From Botryllus schlosseri (taxonomy: Eukaryota), in assembly GCA_051294905.1 (NCBI GenBank), contig CM119372.1, positions 4,402,001 through 4,466,000 of the forward strand: a stretch of 64,000 nucleotides of DNA. Reading direction: 5' to 3'. Below the pieces are notes generated by a model. That model made no database searches and had not been told where the DNA came from. It saw only the letters and a list, made by a program, of their open reading frames with translations. Shown here piece by piece: positions 25,459 through 38,446 of this stretch (position 1 is its first letter; each line of letters begins with the position of its first letter). Made by a program: the position numbers and the translations under genes.

Positions 25459-28400
25459 GTTTGTACGTTGGTCAGTGACCATCAGCATCGCCGCATGGGA
25501 TGTTACGCCAATATACTCTTGACTTCTTTGAAAAATACTAGATCTCTACTTACTGTACGGAATCACAGTAGCTTATCTCCATTTTAAACATTTTGCGAGA
25601 TGAAGATCTTTTGCAAAGGTAAAGTTTTCCTTTTCTTTTCGGTCCTATCTCGGCCATGGTTAACTTTGATACAACATGACAAGCATAACCACGGCCAAGG
25701 CATTTGTTTTCAAACGATCTATAAATTATGCCATAATTGTGTGTAAATACTTCCGAAAAAGCATGTATATTTACACCCGGTATGTTTGACGTATTGGATA
25801 TGGAATGGTTTGAACCGTCGACATCGCCATCGGTTCGACAGTTATAGCTTGTAGATATATATCATTGGTACGGAATGGATTTTGTGATGATGATGACCTC
25901 CTACAAAACGATGTGGTCCTGGTTAAAGATATTTTTGGTCCGTTTGTGGCAGGGGTCGGAAGCCTTTTACGTCTTAGGATCCACATTCACATAATAATTT
26001 CATTTGTTCATGCCGGTCCACTGTGACCTCGCAATTAAATATTCGTGACGTCATGGTTAAAACAATAAAAACATGTTTCAAACAAGGACCTTATTTGTAT
26101 TATGTTAATATTTTTTTCAAATGCAACCCTACATACTGGCGTCGGAATCCATATTGGTGTATTCATATAAACTGCTGCATATGGTATGTTTTGAGCATAA
26201 ATAATAGTCAGCGGTAGGTTGATATTGTAAATGTCAAAGATGTTACAAGATAAAGTCCGTTCTTCCGCAACGCGTCGATGATTTGAATTATTCACAAGAG
26301 TGAAATCTTCAGTGAACCTCGATGGCAACTCGGAATGTGCTGCGATGTCCTATCGATATCGTCCCTGTTCAGTGTTCAGTGTTCACATATATAAGACTCG
26401 TTTTTGTTGCCATAGTTTCAGCGTTCTAGCCGACAATTAGAATTATAACTACACATTTGTTTGGTCTTCCCATACCCACAGTTTGTCTTAGGTGCCCCAG
26501 CTGTAGTCGGGAATAGTCCCAATCTCCGTTGATAGGTTTCCCCAACACTGTGTATTCACGACAGACCATACTATATACCCCAGGCCATCAATGTCGCTGT
26601 ATAAACATATGTCCAATTGTCCATTCATTCATTTGTGCATTGATTTTGTCGTGATAACTCTACTACGCCATGTGATGGGAAGGCTGGACTGCATCGCTGT
26701 GACGTAACGAATCCTAATATAATCGCCCATGATCAACCCTATGCAACTACAGTGAAAGTCGTGTAGCTGACCTTCCGCTGGTCGCATTCTTCGAGCGAGA
26801 TATGCATCGCAGTGACGTCACGTTGCTGTCATCTCAAGTGTGTGCTATTTCTCGACTTTTCCCACGGGCTCGATTAGCCAAAAGTGCGCTCGCTAGCATT
26901 AATGTATAGCGCCGTTGGTCTTCGAATAATGACAACTTACTTCATGTGCTGAAGCAAATCAAAGGGTCGCGCGGTCGTTATTTAATGATGCGAATTACCA
27001 GCTGCCGTGTTTAATGCGAATTCGTCGGAAATCGTGCGCCCACAGTCGTCTGTAGCTGTTGAAATGTACGTGCGCCAGAGGTACAGTACATGTAGGGATC
27101 TGTTGTGTTGTTCATATGCAACATTTTACGGCCTTGAATATATTCACATTGAAATAAACCCGGACATTTTTGGCTGACACTCGTCAGGGGTAGCCGTCAG
27201 CAACTAGTTTGTCTGGTTTATTTCAATATGAATATATTATTCAATAGTATATTGAAGTTCAGTACCGCACATAGTCTCTTCAACTGTATGTTTCGAACTT
27301 GATATGCAGTGTAAGCAGTCATTATTGCAATAGCCGATATCTACCGTAATAATATTATCTGTATATGCGATCCATGTCAGTACTAAACACTCTGACTAAC
27401 GTTCAATATTCGTAATTCGAACCTGTATACTGCAATTTATATAATTTCGACGGCCGAGAACCGTTTATGTTTGTAACGGGATTTGGGTTACGTCTTGGGA
27501 TTACATAGAATGTTACGCGCAAGGCCGTGAACACAAAGGGTATGTGTGGCAATCCTATTTCAATCCCGACTACACCGGTCGGTCGATTCATTCATAAATC
27601 AAGCCCTCACGGAAAGCAGTGATACCATAATACCGAACCAAATTTCGTGATATTTGGCTACGCGAGATGTAATCGCAAGCTTTGTACCTACTTCGACACG
27701 TCTACGTATACATAACCGATAACCGTACAAAGGCGAATCCTGTGATGATATCATCTAACGGCCGACACAGTGCGCGTAGTATTTGCTGTCAACTGAAATC
27801 GACATTTGTACAACCTGTACATCATCGACAATATGTGTAGTGTATGCGCATTAGGGCAGTGCTACTCTCTACTTATTAAAATGTCAGGTCGCTTATAGAA
27901 CGCTGCACGCCAGATTCGCCTCATTTCCAACCAGTAGAAGCAAAGTTATTACAATTCGAAATTTCAACCATTTTATAAAATAACAGTGGTGGCAGATTTC
28001 GTCACTTCGCCCCGACCAAATACCTTGTTCCGGGCGCGTGCCTGAAGGGAAAGTGATGAATTGTCAATTGGTTTTCACCTTGACACGATCCTGTGATAGC
28101 GTGTGGGTAAAGACATTACTAATTATTCAAAGAAATTATGACGTTGATTAACTGGAATTTAGTCAGCTTCGTTAAAACGATTGTTATATCTGGCTGGAAG
28201 AATCAAATGTCAGGCCAATGTCAATTTCCGACACTAGAACTACGCGTGTGGCTGTATTATTCACGTGTATTATACATTTGAATGGCATGGTATATTGATA
28301 TCGATACGAACCCAAATATTTTCGGCTGACACTGGTCAGGGGTAACAGAATAGTCTGCAACTAGTAGAGAATTGGAAAGAACATGGTATTCACCAATCGC

Positions 28401-28620
28401 ATCACCAATTTCAATTATAGTTGCTGACGATTACAACTGACGAAAATAGTTTTCAATATGAATATACTCTTCAATCGTATGTTGAAGTACTATACCTCCA
28501 AGAGTCTATGCAATGTATTATGACATTAGTTTTTCAGCACTCCTGTGAAACAGTGCCTATATTGCGCACTGCGCATCTTATTCCAGCTTCCGCCCCTACA
28601 TAAGACATGTAAAATTTCAG

Positions 28621-28791
28621 TTCAATCGCCCTCGCGGTCGACTTCAATATCCGTCGCGCGGCCCGTCGACACCACGGCGCGTTCCAGCAACCCAGACCAA
28701 GTACCCTTGGACGAAGAATTCGTCCATCTCAAAGACATCGTTTGTTACTTATCGTTGCTGGAAGGAAACAGGCCCGAAGATAAACTGCAAT
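28621..28791 (+). CDS. DGKB: DGK exon ending the recoverin-homology region (VQSPSRS...[26 protein letters not shown]+F)
   Basis: Contains [24 protein letters not shown], the hallmark type I DGK motif. Phase-1 acceptor aaaatttcag at 28620; donor T|GTGCGT at 28792. The 5' boundary is less certain because of an alternative AG at 28586. Confidence 0.93.
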
Positions 28792-28852
28792 GTGCGTATT
28801 CCGCGTCTAAATATAGACGTGAGCCGTGCTTAAAATAGAACCGCTTTTACAG

Positions 28853-28902
28853 TTGTGTTCAAGCTGTACGACACAGACGAAAACGGAAACCTGGATAGCA
28901 GG
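28853..28902 (+). CDS. DGKB: DGK EF-hand 1 exon (FVFKLYDTDENGNLDSR)
   Basis: Follows a 61-bp intron; acceptor ccgcttttacag; donor AGG|GTGAGT (phase 0). EF loop DTDENGNLDSR-E. Confidence 0.96.
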
Positions 28903-31900
28903 GTGAGTTATAGCGTTCGGCTTTCATTGATCTGCACTGAAACGTGTTTTCATATTAGAATATTAACACCCTTAGAGGTACAGGTCTTCAGTATACTATT
29001 GAAAAATATATTAATATTGACGCAATCCCGAATATTTTCGGCTGACACTCGTATATTTACACGATTATTGATTAAAAATGTTATTTTCAATTCTCTACTA
29101 TAGTTGCTGACGATTACCCCGGCGAGTGTCAGCCGGAAACGTTTAGCTTTGGACATAGTATTAAATTATATTAGCATGTCTCACCACACAATACCTTGAG
29201 GTTGTGCTCGCCTTCTTACTTTGAACTGCAATCATTTACGCTTGTGATTATTATTATCAATCGGCATTCAACATTGATAATAATTAGTTTGTGATTTACA
29301 CACCCGGGCTTGTACAACTGTAGAGTGTACACTCGTATTTTATGCAAATAGGTGACCTAGTTTAGCCTATATAGCCTATAGTTATAAGTTTGGAAATCAA
29401 TTGTATAGGTTGATTTAGTCCGTATGATAGCAATCTCCGGCAATTATAAAGTATGATGAAGTATTCATTCGGCGAACAAATTATTATTTAAGGCATTGAA
29501 TTTATAGCTACTGAATATCACGAGAACGTCGTGTTCTTATGTTTCCAATTCGTACCGACTGATTATGATATGGCGTACGCTGACGCAGAAAACGTATCCC
29601 TCGCAACAGAGGTTTGGCGTGCCAAGTTACTGTACGATACAGTCTCGGTGACAAATAAGCACCGTTGCAATGCGATTAGGGTTGATGCAACCTTCTGGTT
29701 TGCAGCTTATGACAATAACCATCAATGATTTGATGTCAGATGACATTACAGTACATTGATAATGTACGAGATGAGAGGTTTATCACAATTCGCACATTTG
29801 GGTTGACCGAGATAACTTGACACGGCAGAGTTGGGACGAGAAAATTTTCTTTATTTGCAAACTGGATTAGAATTGGAATTTTAGATTAATTTTTTTCCAA
29901 ATTAGATTGAAATTATATTTTAGAACATAGAGATCATTTATAAGTTGGTTTGACTTGGATCAGTATCAGTATCAGTTTATTAATATTTTCATCATTTCAA
30001 AACACCACAAAACTTGGCAATTTCTAGCTTCGTCATATCTTCTATGTTTAGAACAACAAATGTTTTGAGTAGCGATTTATCAGTTTTCAGATTTTCAACA
30101 TTTGTCTACGATTAGTCCGATTGTACAACTAGAATTATCTAGTATCTATTCTCAAATTCCCAGGATGTATATTTGCGTTTGCCAGCAGCTTTGCATTTTA
30201 TACACAGCGTATAGTTGACCAAACGGTATGCCTTTAAATACCGACGCAAACGACGCATGCTGCGTCGCGCATGTTAGGCACACCCTTCTCGACGTTGCAG
30301 ATCTAATTTTCGTAAAATTAGACGGTGCTCATAAAAACAAATCTCGCAATTTCTAAAGGTCCGCGTTTCGTGCGCAATGGCCTGATGAAGTATCATATCG
30401 ATGATATTCTGTGTTTACCTAACGGACCATGCATAGGCTACGTCCAGAAACTTGCGCAAAGGTATTGATGTCATGCTGCGAGTGTCGTGTTGACTAGTCC
30501 GTGACGCGGGTTGGAATTTACGATGTACAACCCCACCTTTCGTACACTCTACTATCGGATCCCCGTGACCCCATAATAGGGTACAGGTTTTTGTAATGAT
30601 AGACTTTACAATGTGCATGTGTGTCGGTAAAAATGATTTAGTTTTGCAGAGAGTTGGTGTGCGTTGACACATGACCTACTAAACTTTAGTAGGCCATGGT
30701 TGACATGATTTTTAGAGCAACGTCGTGGAAATATGGTACAGCGTACAGCACACATATACCATTCCACATTTATTGACAGAAATGTATATCTGTTATGTCG
30801 CCTATTGTCATGGGCCCAGTTGTGCCTTTCTGACTGTGTAGTTTGTGGTTTCGTAAGCCATGGGTGTATAATTCACACCCATATATCACAGGTGGTGCTC
30901 GGGAGGAAATATACACATTATTTTAGCTAAGAATTTAGCGTATGGTGAAAATCAATTAAACGACACTTTTGAGTACTAAATCATGCTTCCGCACTCTTCC
31001 AATGGGTAAAAATGGTTCACCAATCCTTACGGACATATATCCCAGGGATGCAGTGGGTCATGTTTTCGTCCCAAGAATGAATATATTCATATACTGAAAT
31101 AAACCCGAAAATATACTGGCTGATTTCAATTGATTATATTATTCAATTGTGTATTGAAGTTCTTTATCTCCAAGAAGCTCTCCAAATATCCCGGAAAATA
31201 TTGAAAATACGGTTCACATGAACCGGGGGTGTCAAACATACGGCTGACTAGCCGCGACTAGCCGCATCCAGCCCGACAAGTAATTTTAAGTAGATTGAAA
31301 ATGCGTGTATTTTCGAGAATGTTGGTAACTGCAAATGTTGAGATTTTTAGTAAGAAACACTTCCGCTGAATGATCCCTCTCGAATACAAATATAGTATGT
31401 TCATTATTCAAAAGCCATAACCATCCGACAGCGGTGTTGTGATTTCACTATCATTACCGTCAGGAACAAGTCTTTCATGTTGACACCCAATTTCGAGAAG
31501 GTAAAAATGTGCCCAAAACTAGTTATTCACAGAAGCGAAAACGTTAATGTCAAACCTTTATATGCAGGTTACATGGAGAATATAATAGTTACAGGAAAAT
31601 ATAATTCAAATAACTGTGGTCAGCTCTTGTATTCCTAAAACAAAGGGTGCATAGAAATATGACAACTCATATCATCGTAAGAGCGTCCGTTCAAGCCCAT
31701 GCAATTCAATTGTATGTTGAAGTTCTGTGTCTCTAAGAAGCTCTTCTATTATAAAGTTGCACTTTGACACGGTGCCAATATCAAGTTCGCAATCAAAACT
31801 TCATCTTCCAAACGCTGCCCGAACGTAAAGCGCGTCAGTGTGACGTGTTTACGTTATCGGAATACATAACGAGGCGCAGCTAAGTAGGCATTCACGCGCG

Positions 31901-34500
31901 TTATCGGATATTAAATATCAATTTTTCGCTATCCGACGCGCCATTTTCTCGCTTAACGCGCGGCGTTTTCGCTTCGCAGTTACGGTAATCATGTCGATTG
32001 CCGGCGACACGGGACTCGGCCGGCTATTTATAGACTCCCGGTATTGATTTCGTAAATGCGATGGAGATAAGTATTGCTCTTGGAATTATTTTATGGGCGA
32101 GCCATCACACTAACTCGAATCCGTGTACCGCATATGCGCATCGGGGACTTTTTGCGTTGTTGTTTTCGACGTGCCAATCATTCTGGATTCAAGCCGTGCA
32201 TAGGAGATACAGAACTTCAATATGCAATTGAGCAATATATTCATATTGAAATAAACCCGAATATCTTCGACTGACACTCGTCAGGGTTAATCGTCAGCAA
32301 CTAGTAGAGATTTACTATACAATGTTCTTTCCAGCTCTTCGCGAGTTGCTGGTGATTACCCCTGACGACTGTCAGCCGGAAATATTCGGGAATATTTCAA
32401 TATGAATACATTATGCCATGTATAAATGTCAGCAGTCAGACTATTGCAACAACGGCACTGCACGACTTTCAATGTGTATAGCTACATATATATATGGCTT
32501 GGAACAAACCAGTGTTCTAAAGGAGTATATGAAGTTCTTGTTGTATCGCTGTATAAGTAGAACTGAGTAAAATGACTCTAGCACGCTAATTTGAATTGAG
32601 TATTAATTGCAACCATTCAAGTCTATTAGTGATGGACGAATCTTTCGATTACTGAAATTCTGAGGCGCTTTTCACTATGGATCTTGTGTTCTTATATCAA
32701 TGAGACGCTTTCACGCTTGCACGCTATGCACATTTGAACTTATCACATCACCCACATTGTCGTAACGTCATAACGAGTGATACTTAAACACCCCACTGGG
32801 AGCCCAAACCTCGATTTAGCATAGTCCGATGTAGATGACTGTAGGAATGTCGCTTTTTTTGCTGCCAAGATGTGTGCGAATTTGAAATTTAAATTTTGAT
32901 CTATTCTTGAATTTCATGTCCACTCAAACCGATATCGTCAGCAGCTGTGTGAGCTCAAGCCATTGGGTCTCACACTACACTTCACATTTTATACGATGCT
33001 ATATCGTTCAGCTAATGCGGTCTCAACGTACTTATACCAAGGTCGTCACTCGCAAATATATGCTTTTAGCTACGAGGCTGAAGCACGTGTGTACACATAA
33101 TCGGAGAGTAGATAAAAGTGTAGTTTGGGACCACTCTAAATTTTCTCATAAATTATTAGCGAGAGAGCGAGCAATTAAAGTCATTTCTCATATTTCTCAC
33201 GTGTTGGTGTGTACCGTAATATCGTACCATTCCCAATATCATCTGCATGTGAGGCAGTGGAGGTGGCGTCACGCTAAATCGATTCAGCGAGTGTGACTTA
33301 AGGGTTCTGGTCAGGGTCGTAAGTCGTAACTGTATGTCAGCCCCCTCTAAAAAGCTCAGTATCGGGCCTCCAAATTACGTCACCTGAGTACTTGTCAAAT
33401 ATGTTGCATACTACGTCTGTACTTGAAATGACTTTGGTAACGCATAACTTTATTCATCTGTCAATTCCGCAAAAATCGCAGGAAAAAAAAACAATTGAAT
33501 ATTTGAATTCAGCAGCCGAAAATCACCCAAGCACTAATCAGTTTAGTTGGCACAAAATTTCGTTGGGTAGTGTCTCGGCCTATTTTTGCTCGTTGCCAGG
33601 CAACCGCTTGTCGGATCCGGATAAAACCGGTATCGCCGAGTCCGTCTCTTCGAGACGCGTACGTAAATGCTCCGTATAACACCTATAGACGATTTCCACT
33701 GGCTGCGCATGGGTGGCGCCATTGTTACGAAAGGCTGGCCAGATGTCGGATCGGAGGTTTTGATACCCCATCACTTTTGAAGGGGCGTAACGTAGGTCAT
33801 TATAGTTGTAGATCTATATGTGCCGGTGCCTGCATATAGCATGTAAAAACGAAGCCGAGTGGTGTCTCACACCCTCATTGTTGCGTCCTTATGTGCATTA
33901 TGCAGTAAAGAGAGAGTGGTGAATGGTACCGGTATAGCTTCAATCGCAAAGGACAAGAAGCTATAAAGAAAGATTGTATTACGTTGGAACATAGGAGAGG
34001 TTACTGTGGAAAGGATTTTATTTAAGGTTTGTGTAACATTGGCATATTTGTGAGAAACTTGTTATTTATAACATTTATTTCCACATACTTCTATCATAAA
34101 CATCATATTATTATGACAATCTGCATATTATTATTGCCTCGACTCCTATTTGTGTTTCTTCTTCTGTTACGTCCACTGAGCTATATCCTCTATAAAAATG
34201 AGTACACTGTATTAGTCCACTGCAATAGTTGCGACGAGTAGTATAAGACCTTTACATGTGATTTCGTGATTTCCAGTCAAATTTGTTTATTTTTGACGAA
34301 GCAATAAATTGTCAATATGTCTGTAGTTTGTGATTTACATTTCTAGATCACTCAGAGAATATAAGAGTCTGTGAAAGACATTTCCACGATAGTGATATCA
34401 GGCTTGTCTCAGTCAGTGATTTACATTACTAGAGCTCTCGGAATACAAAAGTATATGGAAGACAATTTCGCGATGATAACATCTGGCTAACGCATTGCTG

Positions 34501-34558
34501 CAGACAGAATACGAGATATGGCTCTGTCCTGGCAGAATACGAGATATCGCTCTGTCCC
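34501..34558 (+). repeat. Two-copy 28-bp tandem repeat
   Basis: cagaatacgagatat.gctctgtcc occurs twice. Confidence 0.8.
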
Positions 34559-36265
34559 ATCTAAATTTCCGTGGCAAAAGATTTCAGTCGAGCAACAACG
34601 AGTGAAGAGAATCTCTGCATGACAGACCGTGTTGACGTGGATATTTTTCTATATAGCCTACTCATAGAGACAGATCCAACCAGTTCGTACAGCAGGGCTC
34701 GCCAACTCAATCCCAGTCTCAAGGCAACATCGATACCAAATAAGTCACACATAGTTACCACAAAAGAACTAGTATTTTATTGAAGGAATATAAATATAAC
34801 TAAGAATATCGGGACCATGAATTTCATTTTATTCTACAGTATGAGCTGCGTACGATACCTGACAACAGTTTGCATAACAGTACTATCTGAAAGACATCTC
34901 TTAATCTTGTGGGAATCCCCAAGTGGTTTTCTAAGACTCTCAGTCTTGGCAGTATCTGCGCCATCGCACGTCAAACCAAGATACCCCACCCATTCTGTCT
35001 CGATTAAATGCTGTTACCATCACCGAAGCTGTTTCAGCTAGTGAGACAGGCCACCCCTGGGTTTTTTCACCCAGATCTGTGGTTTTCGAGCATCCCCTGG
35101 GTTCATCAGAGTGTTCGTCAGGTCAATTTTACGCTCGAAAATCAATTATTAGACCAGTAAGATCATTATGTCGTGAAATGTACGTCCTTCAGTTCGAGTT
35201 CGCCATTGTCGATGGATTCAGCTGTTATTGTAACGGGAGAGTCTTGAGAGACTGTTTACATTCGATAGTTTCACTACTAAAATGAGATGCCTTGCGATGC
35301 GATGGAGCTTCATTGAATGCTGACTGTCAGGCACTTGGCTGCAATCATGTATGTCTTCATCTTTGGATTCTTTGCAAACTAAAGATTGAATGAGCATATA
35401 GGAGTCAATATTGTTATGCCGTTTAGGTATGCCACATCAAGATAGGCAATCATCTCCAAATAAGTTTCATGCAGCATTAATGCCAATAAACGAACACAGT
35501 AAATTAATATGTACCGGTGCTGTGTCTGAGAAAATGAGAATACTGAAATCCATGTTTTCTACAAACATTTTGTAGCTTAATAATCAATGTCCCCTCTAAT
35601 TTTTGACGAGTCTGCGCACACTCACCAACTTACTGCGCAGAGCCTTGGACAACAGTGCGTAACGACTAAAAAAATGGTCCTGATCACTTCAGATTTTTTG
35701 TGCGCAACTCGAATTTTCTGTGCGCAGAGACCGTGTAAGCACTGCGCACGTGCGAAACTTCGAGGGTACATTGCTAATAATCTATTATTTCCAGATCAAG
35801 TGAATTTCAGTGCAAACGTTTCAATGTCCACAAACGTAAAAACTGTTGAATATGCATAGGCTACACCGGTAGCCATGCATCTGTTCGCGACAACAAGAAG
35901 CCAAGAACTACGTTCTTTACAGTTCCAAGCTGAACTTCTTACAAGATATTAGCATAAACTAATATTAAATCACCTTATATATACGCGGCTTCCTTACATT
36001 CCAATGGCGCGGTATTCAGAAACGTCGGCGAATAACCTCGTCAGGGGAGCAAAATGTGACTGGTTCTAATCTTGGCCAGTCATACACTACTGGCGCCAGA
36101 GCGCTGGAAATCGTCTATTATACATACATGCAACAACTTGGAATTACTGCATTCGCGAAAACTTGGAAATTCGATCAAGTTCTGATCATATTAATTAAGT
36201 CATAATTCATTCTCTTGAGAGTGGTAAATGTCTGTACAGCATGCCTGGTTCGTCTCGCACTAAAC

Positions 36266-36800
36266 CGTTGGTCGTCAAAGTTTTTTTTAAGACACGTCCC
36301 CCTCGATGATAGTAAAAAATTTCGCGCCCCTTACCGTCATATCAAAAGATATTACAAAGGGCAACCAGAATGTTGGCAATACCAGCACATTGTTTGGTGG
36401 CATGGAAAGTGTTATGGCTGTCGAGACGCTTCTCAAATATCGAATTCGAACTATACATAGCGCAAAAATTACGAGCTGGAAGTGTATCGCGCGGAGCGCA
36501 AAATAATATAAAGTTGAATATTTTGTTTAACATAATCATGTGCAATGGTAGCAATTAGCATATATGTTTTTAGCGATTTTGGTGCCTATGCCCTTTTATT
36601 GAACCACTTGTGTTTTCTCAAACATACCGGACCGTGAGCTAACGAATACAAGTGACACAGCTACATGCATTCACCAGTTGCAGCACAAAGTAAAGTCATT
36701 CCGAGTTCAAGAGACATCATCTCTCTCAGGCGGCCTTGCGTCTCCCCTCAGATGCTTCCACATCCCAACGGGGGGGGGGGGGGCAGTTTGAAAATCACTG
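36266..36800. mobile_element. hAT-type MITE inserted inside a family E repeat
   Basis: Right end GTTTGAAAATCACTG; degenerate left end; flanks cactaaac / cactgcac (6/8). Family E sequence stops at 36265 and resumes at ~36809. Confidence 0.65.
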
Positions 36801-38029
36801 CACTGCACCGTTATCATGTATAGCATTCTCTGGAGAACCAGAAATTACGTTAGAGATAAAACTATAACAAAGAAACACTTCACGAATTAGATAAGAATTA
36901 GATTGTCGGCATTGCGCTCATGGCAACTAGAAAGATCTAGTAGTCCAAATCTGACCAATGCATGTGCTGCACTACGTTTCGATTGAGTTCTGAGATTTTT
37001 CAGTGCGTTCACGTGTGAGCGGTTGCTAAATTACAAAACCGGCGACATATTTTTAGCCAACATTATTAGGTTACGACACCGGTATGTTGTTCTCACGATT
37101 TCACCTGTTGACCATTGTGGCGATTCAACCAATTACGCTCCGCTAATTCGCGTTATTTCATTGATGCGACAGCGGACGACTAGAGGTAATTCTATTATCG
37201 CATTAGAAATCGAATTATCGCGCCGAGATACAACTCGATCCATTTTGAAACAATGTGGGAATCCGCGCCTAGTAAAAGACGGTGAGAATGGCCGGTACGC
37301 GGTCGGTAAAACACAGTTTGACACGGTCTTGGGTTCATTTTAATACAATAGAACGCCATGAGAAACGGTACGCGCATAGTACTGTAACCGGGGCCTACGA
37401 TATTCGAATATCTGACACTCATTAATGGTAATCGTCAGCAACTAGTAGAGATTTGGAAATAACATTGTGCATCAACAATCGTATCACAAACCATAACGTC
37501 ATCGGTATGAAATGTTGAATAATCGGGACGGAGAGAGCGCTTAAGCTCAATGCACTATTTTAGATGGTTCAGATGTTTTCTATACATTGGTTTATGTTCA
37601 AGGTATCAAGATAAACTTATCGGTTTTAAACTTCGTGTGAACCTCGCATTCGTGTGAACCCCGGTTAAGAACCCCCGATATATTGTAGTTCCAAGTAAAC
37701 GCGTACTTCGTGCTTGTTTAGGCTTGTTACTTAATGCGTTTCCGGTCGCCAGAGTTTTCGCGGCGAGATTCGCACAAAACGCTGGTCGCGGATACTCCCA
37801 CTGCGCCGCGACATTCAAACCCTCCGGGAATCGGCATGAAAAATTGATCTCTGTCGTAAAATAATCAAGCATGAACGAGAATTTTGCAGCAGTTTCGCCA
37901 CATATCCGATCAATTATACATATACTCGTAATTCGATGCTGCACTCGCGATCCGAGTGCGTACGGGCCGAGATATTTGACGCTAATTTATGCGCAAGCAA
38001 TGTTGGTGTTCCCGGCGTGTCATCTAGCC

Positions 38030-38446
38030 CAGTGCTTCCCAACCTTTCTCAGTTCGCTACTCAGTTTTGTTGCGCGACCCACAAAGAGATGCGACCAAAC
38101 TAAGGAAGAACAAATTAATGAGAAAAGAAACCTCGAAGCCACAACGCATACAAACTACTATCAACGCGAAAGTTGAGCTTGCATATTATAGAATAGATTT
38201 CATCAGATCAAGTCTAAGCTTTATTGGCTTGATTTGCCTGCTCGTTATATCTCCAGAAATACATAACATTGAGGCACACCTGTTTTCGACCAATCGCGAC
38301 ATGTAAAATCTTCAGTATTCCAAAATTTCTTTTATTTAAACCTATAAAATTGTTATCATGTTAATTAGAAGATTGCAGCCTCTATGATCATATTGAATAG
38401 AATACTATTACGGAGTGATTTGCTGCCCACTGGTCGGGAAACACTG
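38030..38446. mobile_element. 417-bp hAT (Charlie-like) MITE
   Basis: TIRs CAGTGCTTCCCAACC / GGTCGGGAAACACTG; flanks atctagcc / atgtagcg (6/8). Confidence 0.7.

Noticed and set aside
25814-26025. Plus-strand frame with NDVVLVKDIF, reminiscent of the DGK motif VHLKDIV (possible duplicated exon)
   Set aside because: It lacks CYLSLLE, has no compatible splice phases, and the similarity is too short.
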